Source: Candidatus Bathyarchaeota archaeon (GTDB taxonomy: Archaea; Thermoproteota; Bathyarchaeia; Bathyarchaeales; Bathycorpusculaceae). From it: a stretch of 64,000 nucleotides of DNA. Shown piece after piece: positions 53,359-63,243 of this stretch; within the stretch, counting starts at the first letter, position 1, and each line of letters begins with the position of its first letter. The notes under the pieces were generated by a model. That model searched no databases. It was not told the DNA's origin and worked only from the letters and a program-made list of their open reading frames with translations. The stretch is taken from contig CAVYRJ010000016.1 in assembly GCA_963770935.1 (NCBI GenBank), positions 59,304 through 123,303 of the forward strand, written 5' to 3'. Made by a program: the position numbers and the translations under genes.

Positions 53359-54066
53359 CTAATAATTCGTCTCTAATAATATGCGCCTCAAAATTTCAGC
53401 ACCATTCTTAACTCCAAGTTTTTTCTCACCTAATCTTTCTCTATATTTAATTGGAACTTCCACGATGCCAAACCCTTCCCGCTCTACATAACTATTAAGC
53501 TCTACCTCGACGTCGAAGCCCCTGGATTTTACTTTCCAGTTTCTAAGTATTTTCGCTCGCACAACTCGTAACCCTGTTAAAGGATCTGCTAATGTGATTC
53601 CATTTAGCAGATTGTGGGTAAAAGCAATGAGCCTATTGCCCAAGTAAAAAACGCTGTTCAACACCTTCATATCTTCGTAACCGCTAAATCTGTTACCACA
53701 GACCATACCCACATCAGGAGATTTCTCCAAAATCCGAATCATCTCAGGAACATATACAGCCGGATAAGTATAATCTCCATCTGTTAAAACAATATAATCA
53801 ACCATTGAATCTATATGCGCAATGCCTTTCGATATCGCATCTCCTTTACCTAGTCCATCTTGTAAAGCGATATCAGCACCCAAATTCTTGGCTATCTCAA
53901 CTGTTCGATCGGTGCTTCTTCCGTCAACTACCAGAACACGAGGACGCTCAAGGATATCCATTAGCTCAGCTACTGTGAGCCCTATACCTTCTTCCTCGTT
54001 CAACGCAGCTATGATAACTTGCGTCGGGGGGATACCCAGTCCTTCTGCTTTCGCCAAAACAATCAA
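53359..54066 (-). CDS. Glycosyltransferase family 2 (DPM1/AglJ-like), paralog of 3578-4288
   Basis: IIAALNEE.GIGLT, TDGDYTYPA, VGMVCGNR, DPLTGLR, ILLET. Confidence 0.9.
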   Translation of the reverse strand: MIVLAKAEGLGIPPTQVIIAALNEEEGIGLTVAELMDILERPRVLVVDGRSTDRTVEIAKNLGADIALQDGLGKGDAISKGIAHIDSMVDYIVLTDGDYTYPAVYVPEMIRILEKSPDVGMVCGNRFSGYEDMKVLNSVFYLGNRLIAFTHNLLNGITLADPLTGLRVVRAKILRNWKVKSRGFDVEVELNSYVEREGFGIVEVPIKYRERLGEKKLGVKNGAEILRRILLETNY

Positions 54067-54876
54067 TCCAATTTGAACACTAAACTCATTGATGGAACCT
54101 TATTTAAGGTACAGAAAGACCACAAATACATCGCTATCCACAGTTCTAATTTTTCACCATATATCATATTTTTTGGAATTCCGCTTTGTTTAAGTCGAGC
54201 ACGCCTATTTTGGGGTCGGAACAAACATGATAGTCTTTTTCTGAACCACTAATTTCATTTTTCGTTTCATTGCTTCTTTTTTGGATCCTGCCCAGAAAAG
54301 CCCCAGCCAATACACCAAACAAAGGCACTTATCGGCATCAACAGCAACGATACTACTCTGTTTCGCCTTGGCATGGCTATTTATTGTCACGAATAACTAA
54401 TAAAACTTTATAATTTGTTAACATATTTAGCCAATTATAGGTACTCTTTTACTAAACCATCAGCTAAATTTAGTTGATAGTAATTATTGAGACAGGGTTT
54501 TTATCCAAAAAAATCATCCCAGTTATCACTGCAAAATCCCTTCCTGAAGGAAGTGGATATGAAGCGAAAACTTTTTTATAATCTTTCTATCTTTCTCACC
54601 AAGATTGCCATAACTTTCCGACGCACCATCTTTTAAATTTTTTGCACTTTACTCTAAGATAACTACTTGCCTTCCCACAAGCACATTAAACGATTTCTAC
54701 GATTTGATTTACCTACAGAAATATCTCTTGTTGTAGAAAGGATAAACTAGCAGCGAAATTTATTCTAAAAGGCGATAACTGATTTTGTTTTTGATATCGG
54801 GGCTCTCTTAATTGTCTGCTAGCTTGCTTTGCAACATTTAAATTCTACTTTAACAATAAGTTTGCAGTGATTATTT

Positions 54877-56061
54877 ATGTCCATGTCTGTTACTGCTAAG
54901 GATATTTTTTCTAAAGGATTTAATTCTGTTCAAGACAACGATACGCTCTCAAGGTGTCTGGAGAGTTTTAAGAAGGGAATGCCGCCTGTTTTGGCTGTTT
55001 TGGATGAGAAAGGCAAGTATGTGGGTACAATTACCAGGCGGTCGATTTTGCGGTCGCGACTTGATCCGACTGTAGCTAAGGTTCGGTCTTTGATGCAGGC
55101 TGCCCCGCAGGTCAGTTTAGACGCTTCTTTGGGCGCTTTGGCGAAGTTGATGATTGGAAGCGGTATGCGGCAGCTTCCTTTGTTTGATAAGGGCAAGTTA
55201 CTGGGGTTTGTCACCGACGAGAACGTAATCCATGGAGCTGTTGCCGACGGATGGGGGAAAACTGAAGTTGAAAAAGTTATGACCCGTGCACCACACACAT
55301 TGGAGTCCAACCGCAGTGTCGGCGCAGTCTTAGGGTTAATGCGTGAACACGGTATCTCACATGTTCCCATTTTGGAAGGCAGCAAACTCGTCGGCATGGT
55401 CAGCATCGAAGACATTTTGGAGAACATATACTGGCCTCAACGACGTCAAACGCTAGGAGATATTGTTGGAGAGAAGATAGAGACGTTGGGCATTGCCGTC
55501 AAAGGAATCATGGCTTCCCCAGTCATCACGGTTGATCCAAAGATGAGTTTACGCGATGCTGAGCAGCGGATGCACGATCACGACATCGCATGCGTAGCTG
55601 TTATCTCGGGTGAGCGGCTTGTGGGAATTGTCACGAAACTTGATTTTCTAGAGCCGATCTCTGCGTTAGAAGCGGCTGCAGCACGCAAGTTTTCGGTGCA
55701 GTTTGGCGTTAAAGGCGTTGATGTGTCAGCTGACCAGCAGGCATTTATGATGAACGAGTTTGACTCGTTTACCCATCGCTTCCAAGAAGCATTCCAGTTA
55801 GGCACACTGTTTGTTTACATGAAAAGCCACGGCGATAACGGCGTCCGCGACACACCACTGGTACACTGCCGACTTCAATTCCGCACAGCAAGAGGCACAT
55901 TTTTCAGCGCAAGCGAAGGCTGGGGTGTGGAACCAACTTTCCGCGTGGCACTGGTACGACTTGAAAGGCGACTGTTACGCAGCAAAGAACTCTTAGCGTA
56001 TAACCCAAAATATGCCAAAGACTATCTACGCAAAATAGGGCTGCCATCAGAAGAAGAATAA
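54877..56061 (+). CDS. Four CBS domains + C-terminal HPF/RaiA-like domain; candidate ribosome hibernation factor
   Basis: Four CBS repeats (e.g. ISHVPILEG.KLVGMVS.EDI). The last ~120 aa show a beta-alpha-beta-beta-beta-alpha pattern ending ALVRLERRL. Confidence 0.75.
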   Translation: MSMSVTAKDIFSKGFNSVQDNDTLSRCLESFKKGMPPVLAVLDEKGKYVGTITRRSILRSRLDPTVAKVRSLMQAAPQVSLDASLGALAKLMIGSGMRQLPLFDKGKLLGFVTDENVIHGAVADGWGKTEVEKVMTRAPHTLESNRSVGAVLGLMREHGISHVPILEGSKLVGMVSIEDILENIYWPQRRQTLGDIVGEKIETLGIAVKGIMASPVITVDPKMSLRDAEQRMHDHDIACVAVISGERLVGIVTKLDFLEPISALEAAAARKFSVQFGVKGVDVSADQQAFMMNEFDSFTHRFQEAFQLGTLFVYMKSHGDNGVRDTPLVHCRLQFRTARGTFFSASEGWGVEPTFRVALVRLERRLLRSKELLAYNPKYAKDYLRKIGLPSEEE

Positions 56062-56087
56062 CCTCTCTCTCTTCCGCCACTCTTTTG

Positions 56088-56621
56088 CTATACCCCACAA
56101 GTAAAAGCAACATTAATTGCCGCTTTTAGAGTTTGCTTCGCCGGTACTATACTCGCCTTACCCAGAACCTTGGTCTTCTCGGTACAGTAAACAGGAATGC
56201 AGGGATCAAGAAAGCTGACATCTTGGCTATGGTCAAAATGTGCGTGCGAGACAAAAACGCCATAAACCGCCGGATGCTCAGGGTTGCAAGGGCAAACATC
56301 CGTAGTTTTCCAGTAATCCAACGCTTGATCTGAAGGAACTTTTTTAGCAACCTCTTCGTTTTCGAACAAAACAGTCATGTCAACCAAATGCGGCGTAAAG
56401 ATTCCGTCCATCTTTGGCAAGATTCCCAGCCGAAGCATATCCCGCAATACATTCTTGGAGCGGACAACAAGGGATTCTGAGAAGAACTTGTTGTATTCGC
56501 CCATTCTGCGGCCAAAGTCTAACAGAACTGAACCATCTTCCGTTTGCAGTAAGATCTTGTTGCCGCCAATTTCGTTGACTCCGCCATAGAACGTAAGCTT
56601 AGCAGTCATGGGTTGTCCCAA
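56088..56621 (-). pseudogene. N-terminal fragment of an MBL-fold (RNase J-like) hydrolase
   Basis: FYGGVNEIGGNKILL, LDFG, SHAHFDH, PVYC...TK. Similarity stops near 56150 and there is no room for the remainder before the convergent gene. Confidence 0.75.
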
Positions 56622-56804
56622 ATGCCAGATTACAATGTAACTTGCTTTTAATAATTTGCCATTCTTAAGAAAGAGTTGTTTATTGAACGTTTCTTGACTG
56701 GTTTTAGTCGAGATTCTGGATTATGAATTTTGGTTTTCCACTAACAACCATATTTCCTAAATCACAAAAAAAGTGGGCAGAAGACTGAAGTCTTTTTTGG
56801 GAAT

Positions 56805-57047
56805 TTAGGTTTCAGCTTCTCCAACTATTTCTTGACTTGTGGTAAGATAGCCTCCATCTGGCACCCAATAAACAGGTTTTTCATTTCGCAACATGTCAGC
56901 TATGTACACAACGTTTTCCTTAGGCGGAAACCAGTTGACGTTTCGCCATTGAGTTCCTTCTTTGTAGTGGAAGATAATCCAGGGACGTTCATTGTTTTTG
57001 TCGTATCGGAGGACATAGTTTTCTATTAAGTAAACGGTATAGGGCAT
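56805..57047 (-). CDS. Small hypothetical protein (80 aa)
   Basis: Strong RBS GGAGGTGA before the ATG at 57047; DMLRNEKPVY...L.T..E.VGE motif. Confidence 0.75.
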   Translation of the reverse strand: MPYTVYLIENYVLRYDKNNERPWIIFHYKEGTQWRNVNWFPPKENVVYIADMLRNEKPVYWVPDGGYLTTSQEIVGEAET

Positions 57048-57162
57048 TTTTTCACCTCCATAACTCAAAGAACACAAATTGACATTAGTGATTTCTTGAA
57101 AATATAATTTGCTATAAACTAATCCTAACACGTTTATTGTTTGTCTCATCCGAAAAATGGTA

Positions 57163-57537
57163 CTAATTGTGACTGTTTGACCTTTGATTTATCCTTCTTT
57201 TTCTTTTGAGAATCAGATAGTAATCATAGCTGTTCAAGTAAGTATAAGCAGTTTTCTGGGGCGTATCCGCAAAAACTTGGTAAGCTTCGTCGATGGGTTT
57301 TAGTCCGATCTTATGTGTTAGGTCTTGATGGCAGCGAACTGAAAAAGTGAAATCTTTAGGCACGGTTTTTCTCCATCCCTCAACCAGGCGGGTGTTTGGG
57401 TACTGGTAGAAGGTGTAGTTGACTTCTACAAAGTTGAAAACTTCTGAGTAGGCTTTAAGGGAGGGCTTGTTTTGCACTTTGAAATACGCCCAGCCGCCAG
57501 TGCCAACGAGGAAATCAGTCAACACAATTACCCCCAA
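57163..57537 (-). pseudogene. N-terminal fragment of a DUF72 family protein
   Basis: VGTGGW, VEVNYTFY..P, W...VP.DF.FSV...Q..TH; similarity lost after ~57270. Confidence 0.75.
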
Positions 57538-57752
57538 TACCCTTCTATTGCTCTAAGTTTATTAGCATTACAGCGTGATAGGCACAAAGAAAAGCATGTT
57601 GCACATGAATTTAATGGATTTTGCTAATCAAGTATAATAACTACCTGTGTTTTTCTTATTATATTGCGCGGATTGCATTAGTTTTTCTTTACCTTGATCG
57701 GGATTTTATGATTTAGTGATATCTGGGCAAGTCGAATGGAGTATAAATAAAA

Positions 57753-58748
57753 ATGAGTTTAACCCAAACAAGTTCAACTAAAGAAGCTTCAAAAACCCCT
57801 CAGCGCTCAGCTGAAAAATGCCCTGAATGCGCAGGTAAAAATCTAGTTCACGACTATGATAGCGGCGAAACCATCTGCGGCGACTGTGGTCTGGTTTTGT
57901 ATGAGCAGATGTTGGATAAAGGACCAGAATGGCGCGCTTTCACTCAGCAAGAGAAAGCCTCAAGAAGCCGCGTCGGCATGCCAACGTCATATTCAATTCA
58001 CGATAAAGGATTATCAACAACTATTAGTCAAGTGGACAGAGATGCATTCGGAAGAAAACTTCCCATATCTACAAGACTACAAATGTGGCGCCTTCGCAAA
58101 TGGCAAATACGCAGCAGAGTCCACTCATCTATCGACCGAAACCTCTCCCAAGCCATGAGCGAACTTGAACGCTTATCAGGCAAAGTCTCCATTTCACCTT
58201 CACTTAAAGAAAAAGCGGCTCTTATTTACCGCAAAGCGCTCGAAAAAGGGTTAGTTCGGGGAAGATCAATAAACGCCATCGCTTCCGCTGCACTCTATGC
58301 TGCTTGCCGCCAAAATGGAACACCTAGGAGCCTTCGCGATATCTGTGAGGCTAGTCTTGTCGATAGGAAAGATGTTGCAAGATGCTATAGATTACTGCTG
58401 CAACAGCTCAGTTTTGCTATGCCAGTTGCCGACTCACTGACTTACGTTTCAAAAATTGCCGAAAAATGCAGAATATCAGGTAGAACACAGGGCGCTGCCA
58501 TAACTATACTTGCAGACGCTAAACGAAAAAGGTTTGCGGCGGGAAAAGATCCAATGGGTTTGGCTGCAGCTGCACTCTATATCGCTTGCCTTCAGCATAG
58601 CGAGAAGATTACTCAAAAAGACATTGCGGATGCATCCGGAGTTACAGAAGTTACGGTTAGAAATAGGTACAAAGCACTAAAGAAGCAATTAGGTCTCATT
58701 ACGCCTGACAAAGATCAAAAATCCCCGAGGTATTCACAAGTAAGTTAG
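57753..58748 (+). CDS. tfb: Transcription initiation factor IIB
   Basis: Zn ribbon CPEC...CGDCG, GPEWRAF, SIHDKGLST, cyclin repeats, GKDPMGLAAAALY, VTEVTVRNRYK. Confidence 0.97.
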   Translation: MSLTQTSSTKEASKTPQRSAEKCPECAGKNLVHDYDSGETICGDCGLVLYEQMLDKGPEWRAFTQQEKASRSRVGMPTSYSIHDKGLSTTISQVDRDAFGRKLPISTRLQMWRLRKWQIRSRVHSSIDRNLSQAMSELERLSGKVSISPSLKEKAALIYRKALEKGLVRGRSINAIASAALYAACRQNGTPRSLRDICEASLVDRKDVARCYRLLLQQLSFAMPVADSLTYVSKIAEKCRISGRTQGAAITILADAKRKRFAAGKDPMGLAAAALYIACLQHSEKITQKDIADASGVTEVTVRNRYKALKKQLGLITPDKDQKSPRYSQVS

Positions 58749-58781
58749 CCATCACCTAATTAGCCTCGAAATATACACATG

Positions 58782-59429
58782 CTATTTATGGGCAAGAACC
58801 GCATTCCAATCCGATTTTCGCTTTCTAAAAACCTTTACACTGCTGAAACCAGCTGAAAAAAGCATCCTTTGTATTTCCTGCAACGGCACGAGATGGACCT
58901 GGGTCTTAGCGATTATTTCTGCATTCTCCACTTCATATACTCCGTCCTTGATCATTTCGCTTATTAAAAGAAGGTAACCCCCGTTTTTCAGAATACGTCT
59001 TATCTCTCGGAAAGCCTGTTCAAGATTGGGCCAGAAATAGTAGGTTTCAATCGCAGTCACCAAATCAAAAGAGTCGTCTTTGAAAACTGTTTTCTCAACT
59101 GAGTTTTGGACTATTTTCACGCGGTTTTTCTCGATAAGCTTTTTGTTTACTTGTTTTGAATATTCAACCATATCTGCAGAGTGGTCTATACCGTATACTT
59201 TGCTTTGAGTTGCCCGTCTTGCGAGACGGCTTATGGTCTTGCCTCCTCCGCAACCAACATCAACAATTGCAGAATCCGGCTTGATGTTGACATATTTTAA
59301 GCCCCAAGTCGTCAAGTCCCAATGTCCTTTGTTCATGTTTGCAGCAACCGTTCTCCCAGAACCCCCAGTTGGGCATCTGTACTGACTCCAATGTTCATTC
59401 GCGGTTTTGTCTTTCTCTTGGGGTTGCAT
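58782..59429 (-). CDS. Class I SAM-dependent methyltransferase
   Basis: P.G..GR...MN.GH, VDVGCGGG, FDLVTAIETYYFWP. Confidence 0.9.
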   Translation of the reverse strand: MQPQEKDKTANEHWSQYRCPTGGSGRTVAANMNKGHWDLTTWGLKYVNIKPDSAIVDVGCGGGKTISRLARRATQSKVYGIDHSADMVEYSKQVNKKLIEKNRVKIVQNSVEKTVFKDDSFDLVTAIETYYFWPNLEQAFREIRRILKNGGYLLLISEMIKDGVYEVENAEIIAKTQVHLVPLQEIQRMLFSAGFSSVKVFRKRKSDWNAVLAHK

Positions 59430-59609
59430 CCAGCAAAATCAAGAAAACGACGTAATAAACCATACGCGGAAGTAGCCAGAATTCAGTTTTTTTACGTTTG
59501 ATGGTTGATTTCGCCTATAATTACGCGGCTATACTTAACGCAGATTACAAAAGAATTAAGTAAGAAGCAACCTTCTTAGCAACCATGGATCAAGAAGTTC
59601 CAAAAGATC

Positions 59610-60934
59610 TTGAAGGACTTGATCGTCCAATTCGTTAACACATACAGTAATGTGGTTGATTTAGAACTTGATCAAAACCTAGACCCTAAGCTCTGGTTCA
59701 TGCCCCTGAACAGCTCTGCCTCAAAGAAAGAAGCCGCCCACTACTTCTTACTTTCAGCATCCCTAAGCGACCACCAGTTAACTGGAAACCCTCGAAACAT
59801 ACGAATGCTACTAAACCATCTACATCAAGCACTTGGAGAAAAGCTATACACCACAGAGAAACCCGACGACTTCAAACGGGAAATCCCAAGGTACGAACAA
59901 AAAAACCAGCTTCTCGATAGGCTTGGGGAAAGTAAAGCTGAAATTCCAGAGGTTCTATGCTCAGTTAACCGTTTCGTGAAGCAGAAAGCTAACGGAGATC
60001 TCGTAGAGTACGCAACAGGCTTCATAAGAAGGGTAGAAAACCAAGGGATCTCGTACAACAGCTCTCATATGCAGTTAAGAGGATGAACAAGCAAAACAAA
60101 TCCAAAGCTTGGCTTTATCTGCGTTGGATGGTACGAAATATACCTGATCTTGGGTTGTTCCCTTTTGAACCCAAAGACTTGATGGTTCCATTAACGACGC
60201 CAAAGTTCAGAGTTTACGTTTCATTGGAACTTAGCAGGGACGAAAACCTGCCCTTCAAATTAAACGTTAAAAATAGACCTGAGAGCTGGTGGACAAATAC
60301 CCAGGAATTCGACGTCGACGCTGAAAAACTAACCAACTTTGCACGAGAACTTTTTCCAGACGACCCAGCAAAAGTTGATTTTCCATTCTTCATCTTGGGC
60401 ACTTGGTTAGAGTACTCTGATCTAACACCTGCTTCCCTTGAAAAATCCATGAAGTTCTTTATTCTAAAGCATGAAGAGTTCCTGCAGCCCCTTATGCGGT
60501 ATCTAACGGTTGTCTACCATTACAATCGAATCGGCGAACGCATCGAGCCAGGAGCATTCTCGGCGCTGGAACTTGATGTCTACGATTTTCTGCGTAGCAA
60601 ACAAGTTGTCTTCACCTATGAGTTCATGGAGTTTAATCTTTCAAAAGACAACCCTGCGTTAACCTACAAACCGGACTTTCTTTTGCCACAATACACCAAT
60701 AGGGGTAGGAAAGTCGTGTTGGAACCACATGGAATTAGAGGAAACCTTGAAGATACGCTCGGTAAGCTTGCAATGTTTAGAGGACACTACGGCAAGTATT
60801 TCTGCTTAATACTAATAGTGCCCGATGACTTTGTGGATACCATTAACCACCTTGATCAAGGCCACAACTCCTACGACTTTTTGTGGAAACAAAGCGTCTA
60901 CAAAATACAGTTCGAAAATTTCAAAAAAACCTAA
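59610..60934 (+). CDS. DUF2400/HhH-like helical region plus PD-(D/E)XK nuclease-like domain; probably one gene frameshifted near 60015, alternatively two ATGA-coupled genes
   Basis: KAWLYLRWMVR..PDLGLF....L.VPL and DDPAKVDFPFF; C-terminal YE...YKPDFLL...VLEPHG. Confidence 0.6.
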
Positions 60935-61010
60935 CATACTCTGTTCAGAAGCAGGTGATAACGTGAGTAGTATTGAGATAATAGCACCCAAACTCGTTAG
61001 ATTGTTATAT

Positions 61011-61068
61011 GTGTTGATTGATGCAACTGTTTGGAATGTGAATCACAGCATGATCAGCAGCATCTTCT
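61011..61068 (-). repeat. Bipartite hairpin repeat, copy B
   Basis: Minus strand reads AGAAGATGCTGCTG-N25-CAGTTGCATCAATCAACAC; lies between two convergent genes. Confidence 0.75.
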
Positions 61069-61094
61069 TCACAGACACTTCGTCGCGCTCTGTT

Positions 61095-61751
61095 CTAGAC
61101 TTTCTGGAACATCAGTTCCCTTCCCTTCTTTCCAGCTAATCCAATAACGCCACCTTTTTTTAGACAGTAAGTTATTTGCCGCACCTTCCTCACAGAAATC
61201 TTGGTTAATTTTGCTAACTCTCTGTTGGTGAAATCTTCATTTAGGCCTTCTGGTAATATTTTGAGGTAGTCAGCCTTGGTTCGGAAGAGAATTCTATCGT
61301 TTACTTTCAAAAGCTTTCTGTCTTTAATGCTGACACCTCTTCTTCTCCAACTTCCTTTCCCATCATCGCACCTAACCTCCTCTTCATCGATAAGTAGAAC
61401 TTCCAAAGAAAAGTTCTCTTCCCCGATAATATCCGGAATCATTACAAGTTCACGAAACAGATCCGTCAGTCTTCCCTTTTTTGGTGATTTACGTGTATTC
61501 AGGACTTTATGATCTTTTGTAATGTGTGTTATCCACTTCTTTTCCGGTAAAGGATAAACTAACCTGACCCGATGATTTTCTTTCAGCACTTGAAGTTTTT
61601 CCTTGAGGGCTGAAAAATTCTTTGTTTGGACTTCGATGACCAAGTTTCCTCTCAAGATGTCGATGATGTAGTTGCCTAATTTAACTTCAAATTGATCTCC
61701 GGGAAGTGAGTAAGCTTTCTTGATTTCTGAATGAAGCGAGCATTCGTTCAT
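61095..61751 (-). CDS. PD-(D/E)XK nuclease-like protein with a C-terminal winged HTH
   Basis: E.SLH..IK, IIDI.....IEVQT, FTNRELAK...YCLKK.G.I...GKKGR. Confidence 0.65.
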   Translation of the reverse strand: MNECSLHSEIKKAYSLPGDQFEVKLGNYIIDILRGNLVIEVQTKNFSALKEKLQVLKENHRVRLVYPLPEKKWITHITKDHKVLNTRKSPKKGRLTDLFRELVMIPDIIGEENFSLEVLLIDEEEVRCDDGKGSWRRRGVSIKDRKLLKVNDRILFRTKADYLKILPEGLNEDFTNRELAKLTKISVRKVRQITYCLKKGGVIGLAGKKGRELMFQKV

Positions 61752-62046
61752 TATTCTTCAAAAGGCTAATTTGTAGCTAATAAGCTTACTTTTCGATGAT
61801 AAAAGTTAGGAATTTTTGTTGTGTTACGGTTTCCCTTTCAATACCCCCGACGCAACAATACAAAAAGAAAAGATTAAGAAAACCATTTGCGTCTTAAAAT
61901 TTTTCTTTGTTTAACAACTTCCATGTAATATCGTGTAGTTGAGGCAGAAAATCGTTCAACAAAGGATCTGGAATTTGGCGCCTAAATCTGCAAGCTATAT
62001 ACCCAAAACTTCAACTATCGCATCATTAAGATTTAAGAATTCAACC

Positions 62047-63243
62047 TTAACCTCCCGTTGTTGTCATAGGCTGCCAATTCAAATTAGATCCAATGTTAGG
62101 GTTAAAATCTATGTTTTCTGCCAAGATGTATTCTCCATTGCCATTAACCCAAGCGTTGTTATAGCCAGATGGGAGGTTAACAGTTGTTCCGTCGATCGGA
62201 TTGTTGTAAGGCTGAATCTCAAGGATTTGGTTGCAGAAATCCGTCACGAGTTGATCGTTAACGCTTTGTCGCTGTTCCCAATCTTGAAGATTTTCTTGGC
62301 TTATTTGATCGCTCGTTTGAGCCAAAATTTGGCTAAGTTGACCTGCATTTTGGATTTGCCGTATCTGGTTTTGAATAAGGTATGCTACCAATTGGTTATA
62401 TTTGTTAAGCCAATTCTTGTCAATAGTACATGAGTAGGCAATCGTTTGGAATAGCTTTGACGCAGACTCAAGGTGTCCTTTCTCTGCTCTAAACGATGCA
62501 AGGTACGACATATACCAATTGTTGCTTGTTGTAGTCCCATAAATAGATTGTATGGGAATTGTGATAGATTGGATCACACAATACAGCTCATCTTCCATGG
62601 CAACTCCATCAAGGTTGTATTCGGCTCTTATTTTTCCACTATTCACGGAATATGATATCCCACTGGTTGGGTCAGTCCCTGTTTTAAAAAGTTGATCCAT
62701 CGAAGGCAATAATTGTTCACTTACAACATTCAGATTCTCCACGTTGCTTCTAAATGTCGGTACCACTACTTCTTTAAGGGCTTCGATAGGTCCAATCGGA
62801 GCACTAACCGTAGCGCCAAAGTAAGTTGAACCGGGCGGATTGGTCTGCTGGACTAAAGGGTTATCTGTCCAATAGAACGCTTGATTTGGAAAAACATCAA
62901 ATTCTTCATTGTTATTTGGGTTCCAGGCTCTGATATTCGCACTTGCCGGCATTAGCGTGTTGTCCAGATTCCAGACGACAGTGCCTTCAAATTGCCAGTC
63001 AGAGGGGATAAGTAGACTAAACGCTTTTGTGCCAATTCCCTGAGTATCGATATAGTTTGCTGCCTTATATCTAAGAACATTGCCAGCGACTGGCACCGTT
63101 GTAGGTTGAGTGGATGGATTAACCGGTGAATCAGTAGGTTGAGGTAATCCGAATTGTTGCATAGAGAGGTAATAAGCTCCAAAAACAAATCCGGAAAATC
63201 CGATAATAACTATTATCAAAAGCGCTATTATTTGCTTGTTCAT
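62047..63243 (-). CDS. Membrane-anchored extracellular hypothetical protein
   Basis: N-terminal TM; P/T linker; AFSLLIP.DW; Gln-rich coil; C-terminal Y.NP.DG....LPSGY..AW. Confidence 0.75.
   Translation of the reverse strand: MNKQIIALLIIVIIGFSGFVFGAYYLSMQQFGLPQPTDSPVNPSTQPTTVPVAGNVLRYKAANYIDTQGIGTKAFSLLIPSDWQFEGTVVWNLDNTLMPASANIRAWNPNNNEEFDVFPNQAFYWTDNPLVQQTNPPGSTYFGATVSAPIGPIEALKEVVVPTFRSNVENLNVVSEQLLPSMDQLFKTGTDPTSGISYSVNSGKIRAEYNLDGVAMEDELYCVIQSITIPIQSIYGTTTSNNWYMSYLASFRAEKGHLESASKLFQTIAYSCTIDKNWLNKYNQLVAYLIQNQIRQIQNAGQLSQILAQTSDQISQENLQDWEQRQSVNDQLVTDFCNQILEIQPYNNPIDGTTVNLPSGYNNAWVNGNGEYILAENIDFNPNIGSNLNWQPMTTTGG

Noticed and set aside
3578-54066. Island as an integrated mobile element
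   Set aside because: No integrase, transposase, tRNA target or terminal direct repeats were seen; the bounding GT2 paralogs are diverged genes, not att sites.
11690-60934. About ten genes split by single-base frameshifts, considered as pseudogenes, phase variation or programmed frameshifting
   Set aside because: The indels are scattered, cluster in repeats and short homopolymers, and leave both halves well conserved without in-frame stops. This is best explained by long-read consensus error; accurate reads would be needed to claim otherwise.
60955-61004. Integron attC-like hairpin (TAAC...GTTAGAT) downstream of a gene
   Set aside because: It is too short, the L boxes do not pair, the left end does not fit RYYYAAC, and no integrase or second site is visible.
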